Shown here: piece after piece, positions 37,632 through 46,660 of the stretch | Layout: every line of letters starts with the position of its first letter | Numbering within the stretch: position 1 is the first letter of the stretch | From: Rhodospirillales bacterium | GTDB taxonomy: Bacteria > Pseudomonadota > Alphaproteobacteria > MPNO01 > UBA2964 | Assembly (NCBI GenBank): GCA_038116945.1 | Contig: JAYOEY010000003.1 | Location: 128,662-192,661, forward strand | Length of the DNA stretch: 64,000 bases | Direction of reading: 5' to 3' | Program-made: the position numbers and the translations under genes | The notes under the pieces: model-generated | The model's input: only the letters and a program-made list of their open reading frames with translations | Told to the model about the DNA's origin: nothing | Database searches by the model: none

Positions 37632-38633
37632 TCACCCGGTCAGAATAATCTTGCCGATGTGATCGCTCGCCTCCATCGCACGGTGGGCGGCGGCCGCATC
37701 GGCCAGCGGGAAGCGTTTCCAGGTCTCGGGCTTCACCTGGCCCGACGCAAACAGCGGCCAGACCCTGTCTTCCAGCGCGCGGCAGATGGCGGTCTTGTCC
37801 TCGACCGAGCGCGGGCGCAGGCGCGAGCCGGTCAACGTCAGGTGCTTGGCGTGGATCAGACCGAAATCGGCCTCGACCACCCGGCCGCGCTTGAGGTTGA
37901 TGAACAGCAGCCGCCCTTCATGGGCCAGCAGCTCCAGCTCTTTCGGGATGTAATCGCCGCCGACGATGTCGAGGATGACGTCGACGCCGCGCCCGCCGGT
38001 GAAATCGCGCGCGGCCTCGAGAAAATCCTCTTCGGTGTAGTTGATCGCCCGGTCGCAGCCCAGCCGCGTCATGGCGGCGCATTTCTCAGCCGTCCGGGCG
38101 GTCGCCAGCACGGTCGCACCGAACGCCCTGGCGAGCTGAATGGCGGTGCAGCCGATACCGCTGGTGCCGCCCTGGATCAGCACGGTCTCCCCCGCCGCGA
38201 GACGCCCGCGATCGAACAGGTTGGTCCAGACGGTGCAGAATGTCTCCGGCAGACCGCCGGCATCGACCGGGTCGACCCCCTCCGGCACCGCCATGCACTG
38301 CCCTTCCGGCGCGATGGCGTATTCGGCATAGCCACCGCCCGAGATCAGCGCGCACACCGCCTCGCCGAGCTTGAACCGGTCCGCGCCTTCACCCGTCGCC
38401 GCCACATGGCCGCCGACCTCCAGCCCCGGAATATCGGTGACGCCCGGCGGCATCGGATAGCGCCCCTCGCGCTGCGTCAGATCGGCGCCGTTGAGCCCCG
38501 CCCCCGCCATGCGGATCAGAACCTCGCCCGGACCGGGCGTCGGCACGGGGCGCTGGACAGGTTTCAGCGCCTCCGGACCGCCGGGCTCGGACGGCACGAT
38601 GGCGGTCATGGTTTCAGGGAGGGGGGCGATCAT
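37632..38633 (-). CDS. NAD(P)H-quinone oxidoreductase (PIG3-like MDR)
   Basis: GGPEAL, PGLEVGG, GGGYAEY, QGGTSGIG, HIGKIIL. Confidence 0.88.
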   Translation of the reverse strand: MIAPLPETMTAIVPSEPGGPEALKPVQRPVPTPGPGEVLIRMAGAGLNGADLTQREGRYPMPPGVTDIPGLEVGGHVAATGEGADRFKLGEAVCALISGGGYAEYAIAPEGQCMAVPEGVDPVDAGGLPETFCTVWTNLFDRGRLAAGETVLIQGGTSGIGCTAIQLARAFGATVLATARTAEKCAAMTRLGCDRAINYTEEDFLEAARDFTGGRGVDVILDIVGGDYIPKELELLAHEGRLLFINLKRGRVVEADFGLIHAKHLTLTGSRLRPRSVEDKTAICRALEDRVWPLFASGQVKPETWKRFPLADAAAAHRAMEASDHIGKIILTG

Positions 38634-38650
38634 GGCTGGACAGTGTGCTC

Positions 38651-39673
38651 TCAGGCCCGGGCGCTGTCCTCTCCCATCAGCCGGTCGAGTACCTGGCGCG
38701 CCTGGATTGCGCCGGCGTCGGCATTGATGTCGATGGTCGGGCGGCCCGCATCGCGGCGGGTCTGCTGGCCTTCGAGGATCACGAGGTCCTCGTTGAACGC
38801 CTTGACCGACTGGTCGTAGATAATCTGTTCCTGTTCCGCCGTCACCGCCGCCGCCTCGTGCGCGGTGGTCCAGAAATAATGGCAGGTCCCGTCGGTTTCC
38901 GGCGTGATGATGTGGAGCGTGTGGCGGTCGATCAGGATGCCGTCGGTCTCGCCCTTTTCCGCGCCCGTGCCGGCCTTCGCCACGCCGACCTTGAGCCAGA
39001 TAAAGCCCGGCGGGGCAAACTCCACCCGCTGCCAGCGGTCGACCTTACCGTTATAGCCGGTCGCCGCCACATGCGTCGGCGCGGGGTCGATATCGAACAT
39101 CCAGCGCGACACCACGACCCTGTCGCCGTCGCGTTCTGTCTTCGCCTGCGCGCCGACCGCGACGCCGGCGGCGCCGATGGTGGTGCGGTGCGCATAGGCG
39201 ATGTGGGTGACGTCGAGCAGGTTGTCGACCAGAAGCTGCCAGTTGCACTTTGCATGGAACTGGGCGTGCAGATGCCGCCAGCCCTCCTTTTCGGCCCACG
39301 GAAAATCGTAAGGCTCGACATCGCCCGCGCAGTCGGGATCGCCCATCCAGATGAAGACGAAGCCCTGCCGTTCGGTCACGGGATAGGTCCTGAGCCCGGC
39401 GTTGGGCGGCACCCTGGTCTGGCTGGGCACCTCGACGCAGCACCCGTCGCGGTCGAACAGGAGCCCGTGATAGCAGCAGCGCAGATTGTCGCCCTCGACC
39501 CACCCGAGCGAGAGGGGGGCCTGGCGGTGCAGACAGCGGTCCTCCAGCGCGACCGGGGTTCCGTCGGCGAGGCGATAGAGCACCACCGGCTCGTCCAGCA
39601 TCACCCGGCCCAGCGGCCTGTCCGTCAGCTCTTCGCTCAGCGCGGCGACATGCCAGCGGTTTCTTACATACAT
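38651..39673 (-). CDS. Rieske non-heme iron oxygenase, VanA (O-demethylase)-like
   Basis: Rieske CLHR...CCYHG and mononuclear-iron motif DNLLDVTHIAYAH. Start moved to MYVRNRW. Confidence 0.85.
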   Translation of the reverse strand: MYVRNRWHVAALSEELTDRPLGRVMLDEPVVLYRLADGTPVALEDRCLHRQAPLSLGWVEGDNLRCCYHGLLFDRDGCCVEVPSQTRVPPNAGLRTYPVTERQGFVFIWMGDPDCAGDVEPYDFPWAEKEGWRHLHAQFHAKCNWQLLVDNLLDVTHIAYAHRTTIGAAGVAVGAQAKTERDGDRVVVSRWMFDIDPAPTHVAATGYNGKVDRWQRVEFAPPGFIWLKVGVAKAGTGAEKGETDGILIDRHTLHIITPETDGTCHYFWTTAHEAAAVTAEQEQIIYDQSVKAFNEDLVILEGQQTRRDAGRPTIDINADAGAIQARQVLDRLMGEDSARA

Positions 39674-39683
39674 CGATTTTTCC

Positions 39684-40856
39684 TCAGCTTGCCCACAGCG
39701 CGTCCGACGCCATCTCGGCGCCGACCGCCAGCGCCCGCAGCTTGGCCCAGGCGATGGTTTCATACACATAGCCCATCCCGGCAAAGGTCGCGAACCCGCA
39801 ATCGGTGCCGGCAATGACCCGTTCGCGCCCGACGATGCCGGCGAAGCGTTCGATCCGTTCCGCCACCACGCGCGGGTGCTCGACGAAATTGCTCGAAGTG
39901 TCGATCACGCCGGGAACGAGGATCTTGTCGTCCGGGATTTTCGCATCGCGCCAGTCGGCCCATTCATGCTCATGGCGCGGGTTGGACGCCTCGAACAGCA
40001 GCGCCTGCGGCCGCGCCGTCATCAGCAGATCGATCAGCTCCGCCACCGGGAAATCGTAAACATGCGGGCCGGGATAATTGCCCCAGCACACATGCATGCG
40101 CATGGCGTCCGGCGGAATGTTCGCGGTCGCCGCATTCAGCAGCGCGATATTGCGGGCGACAACGCGACGGAAATTGGCGTCCGACAGATCCTGATAATGG
40201 CCGTGCCGCGCCATGGCGAGATCGGGGCAGTCGATCTGCAACAGCAGGCCCGACGCGTGGATCGCCTCGTACTCGACGGCGAGCGCGTCCGCCAGATCGG
40301 CAAGGTAGGAATCCTCGTCGTTGTAATGCGTGTCGAGGATAAAGACGGGAATCACGCCGGGAGAGGCCGCGTTGATGAAGGCCTCCGCCGGATGCGCCTG
40401 GGCGATGGCTTCCTTCAGGTTGGCGATGTCGTCCGCCACCGGTTGAAGATTTTCATACGCCACCGGCCCGACGCAGAAGGTCGGCACCAGCTTGGCCCCC
40501 TGCGACCGCTCGATATCGCGCGCCGCGGCAAAATCCGGGAACTCGGCAATGTCGCGCTGCAGCGCGCGCCTCGGCAGGCCCTCCGGCGGATTTTCATACG
40601 CCTTGAGGCCGGACATGCGGTCGCGCACGTAATAGGTATAGCCGGGCTTCGACATTTCGCCGTCGCTGACGATATCGATGCCGGTGGCAACCTGTTGCGC
40701 CACCACGTCGCGCACCGCGGCTCCGCAGGCCGCGTTGAAACCGAGCGTCGTCGGGCTCGCGCCGAGCCCGATCGCCAGCAGCTTTTTTAAAAGCTCTTCG
40801 GGGCGCGGCAGGCTGCCGGTATGGGTCGTGAGGATGCGGTCGGTGCTGGTTTTCAT
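39684..40856 (-). CDS. Cobalamin-independent methionine synthase II family protein
   Basis: ILTTHTGSLPRP and Zn ligands HVCWG, FEASNPRH, TDCGF. Confidence 0.85.
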   Translation of the reverse strand: MKTSTDRILTTHTGSLPRPEELLKKLLAIGLGASPTTLGFNAACGAAVRDVVAQQVATGIDIVSDGEMSKPGYTYYVRDRMSGLKAYENPPEGLPRRALQRDIAEFPDFAAARDIERSQGAKLVPTFCVGPVAYENLQPVADDIANLKEAIAQAHPAEAFINAASPGVIPVFILDTHYNDEDSYLADLADALAVEYEAIHASGLLLQIDCPDLAMARHGHYQDLSDANFRRVVARNIALLNAATANIPPDAMRMHVCWGNYPGPHVYDFPVAELIDLLMTARPQALLFEASNPRHEHEWADWRDAKIPDDKILVPGVIDTSSNFVEHPRVVAERIERFAGIVGRERVIAGTDCGFATFAGMGYVYETIAWAKLRALAVGAEMASDALWAS

Positions 40857-40925
40857 GATTCTCCCCCGGTTGCTCATTTTTGCGGAATTTTCCCGGCGGG
40901 GATAGGGGAAGCGGTAAGATGGACC

Positions 40926-41849
40926 ATGGCCATCACGCTATACGAAACCTTCCGGGCGGTTTTCTACGCGCCGTTCTATGCGGCGCTGGCGCGCGGCGCG
41001 TTCGCGGACGAAGGGCTGGAAGTCGAGCTGAGGACGGCGGAAAGCCTGGCGGTAACCGCGGCGGGCGCGCTGGGCGCCGATGCCGATGTCTCGTGGGGCG
41101 GGCCGATGCGGCTGCTCTACGCCCATGACCGCGATCCGGCATCGCCGCTCGCCGGGTTCTGCGAGGTGGTGACACGCGATCCGTTCTTTATCGTGGGAAA
41201 GACCGGTATCGACGGCCTCGCCGGTCTGGCGGGCAAGCGGCTCGGCGCGGTGTCGGAGGTGCCGACCCCGCTGCTGTGCCTGCGGCAGGATTTGAGGGAG
41301 GCCGGAATCGACGTGCGCGCCATCGCCCTGGAGACCGGTCGCACCATCGCCGAAAACGTCGCCGCATTCCGGGCGGGCGCGCTCGATGCAATCCAGGTTC
41401 CGGAACCGTGGGCGACCCTCCTGACAGCGACAGGCGATGCCCGGATTGTCGAGGCCGCGGCGGCGCGCGGCGCCTGCTCATACACCACGCTGTTTACGTC
41501 GCGCGAGACCATCGCGGCGCGCAGGGACGAAATGCTCGCCATGACGCGCGCGATCTTCCGGACGCAGACATGGCTACACGGCGCGGAACCGGCCGAAGCG
41601 GCCGCCGCGATCGGGCCGTATTTTTCCGATATCGACACGGGCGTTCTGGCAAACGCCGTCACGCGCTACCGGTCGCTCGGCGTCTGGGGAAAAACGCCGC
41701 TGCTCGATCCGGCCGGGTTCGACTGGCTGCGCAAGGCCTGCCTCGGCGGCGGGCTTATCGCGCGGGGCGCGTCATACGAGGATTGCATCGACGCCTCGGT
41801 CGCGCATGATGCGATGCAGGCAATACAGGGAGAGGAGACGCCGTCATGA
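40926..41849 (+). CDS. NMT1/THI5-like substrate-binding-fold protein
   Basis: FYAPFYAA..GAFADEGLEVEL, WGGPMR, PEPWAT. No signal peptide and no adjacent permease. Confidence 0.75.
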   Translation: MAITLYETFRAVFYAPFYAALARGAFADEGLEVELRTAESLAVTAAGALGADADVSWGGPMRLLYAHDRDPASPLAGFCEVVTRDPFFIVGKTGIDGLAGLAGKRLGAVSEVPTPLLCLRQDLREAGIDVRAIALETGRTIAENVAAFRAGALDAIQVPEPWATLLTATGDARIVEAAAARGACSYTTLFTSRETIAARRDEMLAMTRAIFRTQTWLHGAEPAEAAAAIGPYFSDIDTGVLANAVTRYRSLGVWGKTPLLDPAGFDWLRKACLGGGLIARGASYEDCIDASVAHDAMQAIQGEETPS

Positions 41850-42556
41850 GAATACAGGCAGGTGCATTGCGGGTCGCCGCCGCCCTGTTCGCCCTGGCGG
41901 CGCTCGCCGGGTGCGACCTGCCGGACCGTTCCCTGCCCGGCCTCTACAGGGCCTCGGTCACCGGCTCCGCGATCGTCAGCAAGGACCATGTCCGCCCGCT
42001 CATGGCGGTGCCCGCCGGACGCGAGACAATCGACGTCGTCACCTGGACCGGCGAGGACACGGCGCGCAAATACTACCCGCTGGGCAGGACCAGCGTCGGC
42101 ATCGACGTGTGGGTGACTTTGTCGCCGCAGGTTCGCGACCTCTGCAAGGCCTACAGCAAGGAGCCGGGGGCGCTGCGCCTCCGCCTCCAGCAGCTTCTCG
42201 GCCTGCCGGCGGACGCGGAAGGGACGACCGGAGCGCCGCGCGAATTCGTCGTCATGTCGGTGCGCGCGAAGGACCTGTTCCGCCCCTGCCCCGATCCCGA
42301 TCCGACGACGGCAAGCTGCCCCACCGATTTCCCGGCGGACGCACCGGAGTCGCACAAGGCCTGGATGGCGAGCCAGGTGTCGTCGCGCTACACCGCGCCG
42401 GGCGGCTATCCGTGGACGCGGCTCGGCTACACGTTCGACTGGAACCCCGACACGCCGCGCTACGGCGCATCCGAGTACGTGCTGCGCAGGGGGTCGGCAG
42501 TGACGGTGAAAAGCAGAACGCCGACTGTACGTTATTGTCACGCGCCGGCGGACTAA
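41846..42556 (+). CDS. Uncharacterised lipoprotein
   Basis: Lipobox LAGC, motifs LQQLLGLP, LFRPCPDPD and YPWTRLGYTFDW. ATGA overlap with the upstream gene. Confidence 0.7.
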   Translation: MRIQAGALRVAAALFALAALAGCDLPDRSLPGLYRASVTGSAIVSKDHVRPLMAVPAGRETIDVVTWTGEDTARKYYPLGRTSVGIDVWVTLSPQVRDLCKAYSKEPGALRLRLQQLLGLPADAEGTTGAPREFVVMSVRAKDLFRPCPDPDPTTASCPTDFPADAPESHKAWMASQVSSRYTAPGGYPWTRLGYTFDWNPDTPRYGASEYVLRRGSAVTVKSRTPTVRYCHAPAD

Positions 42557-42572
42557 CGGACGAAAAGCGCCG

Positions 42573-42962
42573 TCAGCCGCCGAAATCCCGCTCTTCCAGC
42601 TCGATCGGCTCGCCGTGGGGAGTGCGGTCGGCGGCATTGCGCCAGGCGTTGCGATAGCGGTCGAGCGTATCGGCGTCGGTTACGCCTTTTTCCGCGACGA
42701 TGCGTTCCAGCGCGGCCAGCCAGTGGTGGTAGTAGGTGTCGCCCCGGTCGGGATCGCCCGCATCCTGCGCGCGTTTGATCTCGGCGGTCAGCGCTTCGGC
42801 CCATTCCGGCCAGACGAACAGCCCCTGCTGGTAGAGCCGGAGCGTCATGGCGAAGGCCTGGGCCTCCCACGGTTCGCGAAAAACCGGTTCGTCCCCGTCG
42901 CGGGGGATGTCGGGGAGGGCGGCCAGGGCTTCATTGGCCGCTTCTGCAGCCGCGTCGGTCAT
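42573..42962 (-). CDS. Nitrile hydratase accessory/activator protein (P14K-like)
   Basis: PVFREPWEAQAFAM, YYHHWLAALE, TPHGEPI. Overlaps the beta-subunit stop. Confidence 0.9.
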   Translation of the reverse strand: MTDAAAEAANEALAALPDIPRDGDEPVFREPWEAQAFAMTLRLYQQGLFVWPEWAEALTAEIKRAQDAGDPDRGDTYYHHWLAALERIVAEKGVTDADTLDRYRNAWRNAADRTPHGEPIELEERDFGG

Positions 42963-43615
42963 GCTTTCTCCAGGTAAGGCTCGAACGCCTCGATCGAGAC
43001 CTTTACGCCCGGCTCGTTATCCGGCCCCCACAGCACCTGCCCGTCGAACACCACGGTATAGAGCCATTGCGGGTCGTCGCCCTCTCCGTTGGCCACCGAG
43101 TCCGGATAGACGTGGCAGCCGCGGATCGCCTCGACCTCGCCGACCTTGTCGCGGGCATAGCGCGGCAGCCTTGTATGGCCCTTTGGCTGGAAATTGACGG
43201 TACGCACCCGGTCCCCGGCCTTGAACTTCGGATCGCCCTGCGGGGCGCGCTCGTAACTGCCGCGGGTCAGCCGGGCGACGTCTTCCGCCTGGAAGATGCG
43301 GTTGGGCCGGTCGTTCTGCTCCAGCGCCTTGCCGGCGGCGAGCTCTTCCCTTGTCACCAGCCCGTGCTGCAGCGCGCGGGCCTCCAGCCCCAGCAGCCAG
43401 CGCTGGTAGTAGCTGGCGGCGGTATAGACCGAGGGGTGCAACGCTTCCTGCGCGGCGCGGCCTTCATCGATGGTCCAGAGGCGCAGCGGCCCCATCGCCC
43501 GGTTCATGGCGTAGACGCGGCTTTCCCATTCGGTGTGAAAGACCGGCTCGTTGGGCTCTTCCTCGACGGGGCCGAACCCGTGCATGCCGCCCATGTCGTG
43601 GATCGTGTTCGACAT
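42959..43615 (-). CDS. nthB: Nitrile hydratase beta subunit
   Basis: HDMGGMHGFG, YYQRWL, HTRLPRYARDKVG. Confidence 0.93.
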   Translation of the reverse strand: MSNTIHDMGGMHGFGPVEEEPNEPVFHTEWESRVYAMNRAMGPLRLWTIDEGRAAQEALHPSVYTAASYYQRWLLGLEARALQHGLVTREELAAGKALEQNDRPNRIFQAEDVARLTRGSYERAPQGDPKFKAGDRVRTVNFQPKGHTRLPRYARDKVGEVEAIRGCHVYPDSVANGEGDDPQWLYTVVFDGQVLWGPDNEPGVKVSIEAFEPYLEKA

Positions 43616-43619
43616 CGGC

Positions 43620-44282
43620 CTACTCCGCCTCGTCCGGAGCCAGCGCCAGCCCGGTCCCGACCATCGAATTCCGGGTGACGAGTTTCGCGAGATCTTCCTC
43701 GCTCCACCCGTCAGTGCCCTCGGGCCGCATCGGGATGACGATGAAGCGGGTCTCGGCGGTCGAATCCCATACCCGGACTTCTGTTTCCTCGGGCAGGGTC
43801 ACGCCGAACTCGGACAGGACGGCGCGGGGCTCGATCACGGCGCGCGAGCGGTAGGGCGCGGATTTGTACCAGGTGGGCGGCAGGCCCAGCACTTCCCACG
43901 GGTAGCAGGAGCACAGCGTACAGACGACCATGTTGTGGCGCTCCGGCGTGTTCTCGACCGCGATCAGATGGCTGCCGACCGGGCTCACATTGCCCATCGT
44001 GTTGACCGCGGCGGAGGCGTCCTCGATCAGGGCGGCGCGGAATTCGGGATCGGCCCAGGCGCGGGCGACGACGCGCTGCCCGTTATGCGGCCCGATACGG
44101 GTCTCGTAGGCCTCGACGATGGCGTCGAGCGCGGCCGGATCGACATAGCCCTTCTCGCTCAGCACCGTTTCCAGCGACCGCACGCGCACCTGCATGTCGG
44201 ACAGTTCCGACATCTCCCCATGGTCGTGGTCGTGCGAATGTCCGTGGGAATGGTCGTGTTCGTGTCCGCGCTCTTCAGCCAT
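43620..44282 (-). CDS. nthA: Nitrile hydratase alpha subunit, cobalt type
   Basis: VCTLCSCYPW (the Thr/Tyr form marks the Co-type), VVARAW.DPEF and a His-rich N-terminus. Start moved to MAEERG. Confidence 0.95.
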   Translation of the reverse strand: MAEERGHEHDHSHGHSHDHDHGEMSELSDMQVRVRSLETVLSEKGYVDPAALDAIVEAYETRIGPHNGQRVVARAWADPEFRAALIEDASAAVNTMGNVSPVGSHLIAVENTPERHNMVVCTLCSCYPWEVLGLPPTWYKSAPYRSRAVIEPRAVLSEFGVTLPEETEVRVWDSTAETRFIVIPMRPEGTDGWSEEDLAKLVTRNSMVGTGLALAPDEAE

Positions 44283-44365
44283 GTCAGTACCCCTTTTCCG
44301 TTCGCCCGGATGCTCGCACAGGCGGGGCGCACGGTTCAAGCGCAACGCGGCGGCGCCGGCGGCAT

Positions 44366-44386
44366 GGGGGAAGGGTCAGGGAGGGG
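44366..44386 (+). repeat. G-rich intergenic repeat unit
   Basis: GGGGGAAGGGTCAGGGAGGGG, also found at 50564-50583 and 63679-63699. Confidence 0.6.
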
Positions 44387-44518
44387 CTTTCGCCCAGCCA
44401 TTCCCGCCATGCCCGGACCCAGGCGCGCTTCACGCCCATGGCCGGGCATCCCATCAGGACAGGGTTCGTCTTCCGGAGGTCGCCGGGAAACGCCGGGCGA
44501 TGACAGCCTGTTTCGGGC

Positions 44519-45364
44519 CTACAGGGTCGGCTCCCAACCGTACGCCCTGGCGCAGGCGCCGCCCATCAGCATGGCGCGGTCGCTGTCCGAAAGCCGGTCG
44601 GTGAGGCGGAACGGCTCGACGCCTTCGTAATAGCTGACCACCGCGTGGGCTCGGGTCCAGTCGGTGCCCCACAGGCAGCGCTCCATCCCCCAGGCGTCGA
44701 AGATGCGGGCGAGCGGGTCCCAGATATCGGGATAGGGGAACGGCTCGTGCGCCAGGGTGCAGGCGCCGCTGATCTTGATGACCGCGTTGTCGCGGCTGGC
44801 GAGGTCCAGCACCTTCGGCAGATCGGTCCAGGGTTCCGGCGACGCGGGCGCCACCTTGGGCTGCTCGATCCCCATGTGATCGATGATGAAGAACGTTTCC
44901 GGATGGCGGTCGATCAGCGCGGCGGTGTCGTCGAGATTGGTCCAGCAATGGAGGTTCAGCGGCAGCCCGTGACGGGCGGCCTCGCGCGCCACGTTGTCGA
45001 CCCCGGGCAGGCTCACCGGCCGCCCTGCCTCGCCGGTGATCATGACGCGAACGCCGACCGCGCCCGGCTTCTTCTTCCACTCGGCGATGTCATCGCCCAC
45101 CGCCGGATCGTCGAAATTGACCGGCTTGATGATGGCGAACCGGCCGGGATGGGCCTGCCGCACCTCGACCGCATAGCTGCCATCGTACTGGTAGAGCCCG
45201 AAGGGCGAGATAAAGATCGCCCCATCGACGCCCACCGCCTCCATCGCCGCCACCATCTCGTCGCCGGTGACATGATCAGGCCAGTTCGGCGCCGCATGCC
45301 ACGGCCGCGCGGGCGTGTTGGCTTCATAGGCGTGGACTTGCGAGTCGATGACGGGGGTGGGCAT
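44519..45364 (-). CDS. Amidohydrolase_2 family protein (LigI/lactonase-like)
   Basis: IDSQVH, IIDHMG, IKISG, LWGTDW. Confidence 0.85.
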   Translation of the reverse strand: MPTPVIDSQVHAYEANTPARPWHAAPNWPDHVTGDEMVAAMEAVGVDGAIFISPFGLYQYDGSYAVEVRQAHPGRFAIIKPVNFDDPAVGDDIAEWKKKPGAVGVRVMITGEAGRPVSLPGVDNVAREAARHGLPLNLHCWTNLDDTAALIDRHPETFFIIDHMGIEQPKVAPASPEPWTDLPKVLDLASRDNAVIKISGACTLAHEPFPYPDIWDPLARIFDAWGMERCLWGTDWTRAHAVVSYYEGVEPFRLTDRLSDSDRAMLMGGACARAYGWEPTL

Positions 45365-45426
45365 GGGGAGGGTCCTTTGTGTCTCGGTCAGGAAAACGAG
45401 CCGATTTAAGGGCATATCGGCAAGGC

Positions 45427-45831
45427 TTATAGTTTCACCTGTTCCAATTTACCTTTCCCGGAAAATTTATAAGGCACCAAAAATGCTCCGCTACTAATCA
45501 AGGATGCGGTTTCCATGAGGCGGGGCCACCACCTAATCAGCGCAGCTGCTTTGTCCCATTCTTTCTGGTGCGCCCATCCTTTTGCCAGCATAAACGTCAG
45601 CAAACCTGTGGAACGCAGCGCTTCACGTTCGATTGAATTACGTGTCAATCGATCTTGCGTAATAACTGCCCAATCTCCGTCCTCAGATAATTTTTTAATC
45701 CAATCAATGTCAGGAGTATTCTTGGGAAATATTTCGTCTAAGTGTTTAACCGATATATTCTCAGGCTCGCACAAAGCAGAAATTGCCTTTGCAAGATAAA
45801 TTGAAAGGTTTCGGTCGATAAAATAATTCAA
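45427..45831 (-). CDS. PIN-like toxin (VapC45/DUF5615-like)
   Basis: YFIDRNLS, PDIDWI, WAVITQD..I..E acidic PIN pattern. Low GC. Confidence 0.75.
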   Translation of the reverse strand: MNYFIDRNLSIYLAKAISALCEPENISVKHLDEIFPKNTPDIDWIKKLSEDGDWAVITQDRLTRNSIEREALRSTGLLTFMLAKGWAHQKEWDKAAALIRWWPRLMETASLISSGAFLVPYKFSGKGKLEQVKL

Positions 45832-46514
45832 GCTGCGTGGCGCTCTTCAAATTCAACAGCAGCTCGCACTTCCGATACAGATACATCGTACCACCTTGCC
45901 ACTCTCTGAAGAGAATCTTCCGCTTCAGCAGCTGCAGCCAGCACTTCTGTTGGAACACAGCTTTTTGCGACGATGGGTCTTCCGAAACTTAACTTAGGGT
46001 CGAGCATAACAACTTTCTTCGGGAACATCGGAAACCATCGAGATATTTGATCATTCGAAAACTCAAGACCCCGATATAACGACGGACTAACAATGTCGTT
46101 AAAAACCCAAGTTTTCAAGTTCATATCAAAAAGTTTTATATCTCCCATATCATCAATTCTCTGGAAAATCCGATTTCCATCGGTTCGGAACTGTCGGCGC
46201 GTGAATGGATGGCCATCTTCAAACATTTCACATGCCAAGGCAGCTGCTTCCCGAATCGCCTGCCAACTCACATGGTGTTTCCTAAAAGCATGGATAAACC
46301 GGATCTCCATTAAATCTAAGAAGCTTAAAGCGACGTGTTCATCAACTTTATCCAAATCGCTTTTCCAAACCGGCGGCATAGAGCGATCTCCGTCTCCGAC
46401 GCGGAACTTGTACCCGCCGATCCACCGACGGATGCTTTGCGCGCTAGTCCCAGTCAATGAGGCAGCTTCACCGACCGTATAGAGACCGACACCGATAAGT
46501 TGATCATTGCTCAT
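45828..46514 (-). CDS. HTH + DUF433 antitoxin (VapB45-like)
   Basis: N-terminal HTH (LYTVGEAASL..IRRW), SFLDLME and C-terminal DP..SFGRP..V..AVEFE. ATGA overlap with the PIN gene. Confidence 0.8.
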   Translation of the reverse strand: MSNDQLIGVGLYTVGEAASLTGTSAQSIRRWIGGYKFRVGDGDRSMPPVWKSDLDKVDEHVALSFLDLMEIRFIHAFRKHHVSWQAIREAAALACEMFEDGHPFTRRQFRTDGNRIFQRIDDMGDIKLFDMNLKTWVFNDIVSPSLYRGLEFSNDQISRWFPMFPKKVVMLDPKLSFGRPIVAKSCVPTEVLAAAAEAEDSLQRVARWYDVSVSEVRAAVEFEERHAA

Positions 46515-46660
46515 GGCTATGAAAACCGGTCACCCCAAGATTTCGAAAAGCAGGAAAGCACAAATATCGTCACAGCGGTAGCCAAGTTCAAGCAGGCAAT
46601 TTCGGCCAGCATCCTTCGGTGGCAGGAAGATAACCAACAAGCGCCGGCCTGCGTAACCAA

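Noticed and set aside
40856-40926. Cobalamin or SAM riboswitch upstream of the MetE-like genes
   Set aside because: The intergenic gaps are too short (about 70 bp here and 30 bp at 997-1028), and no conserved riboswitch core was seen.
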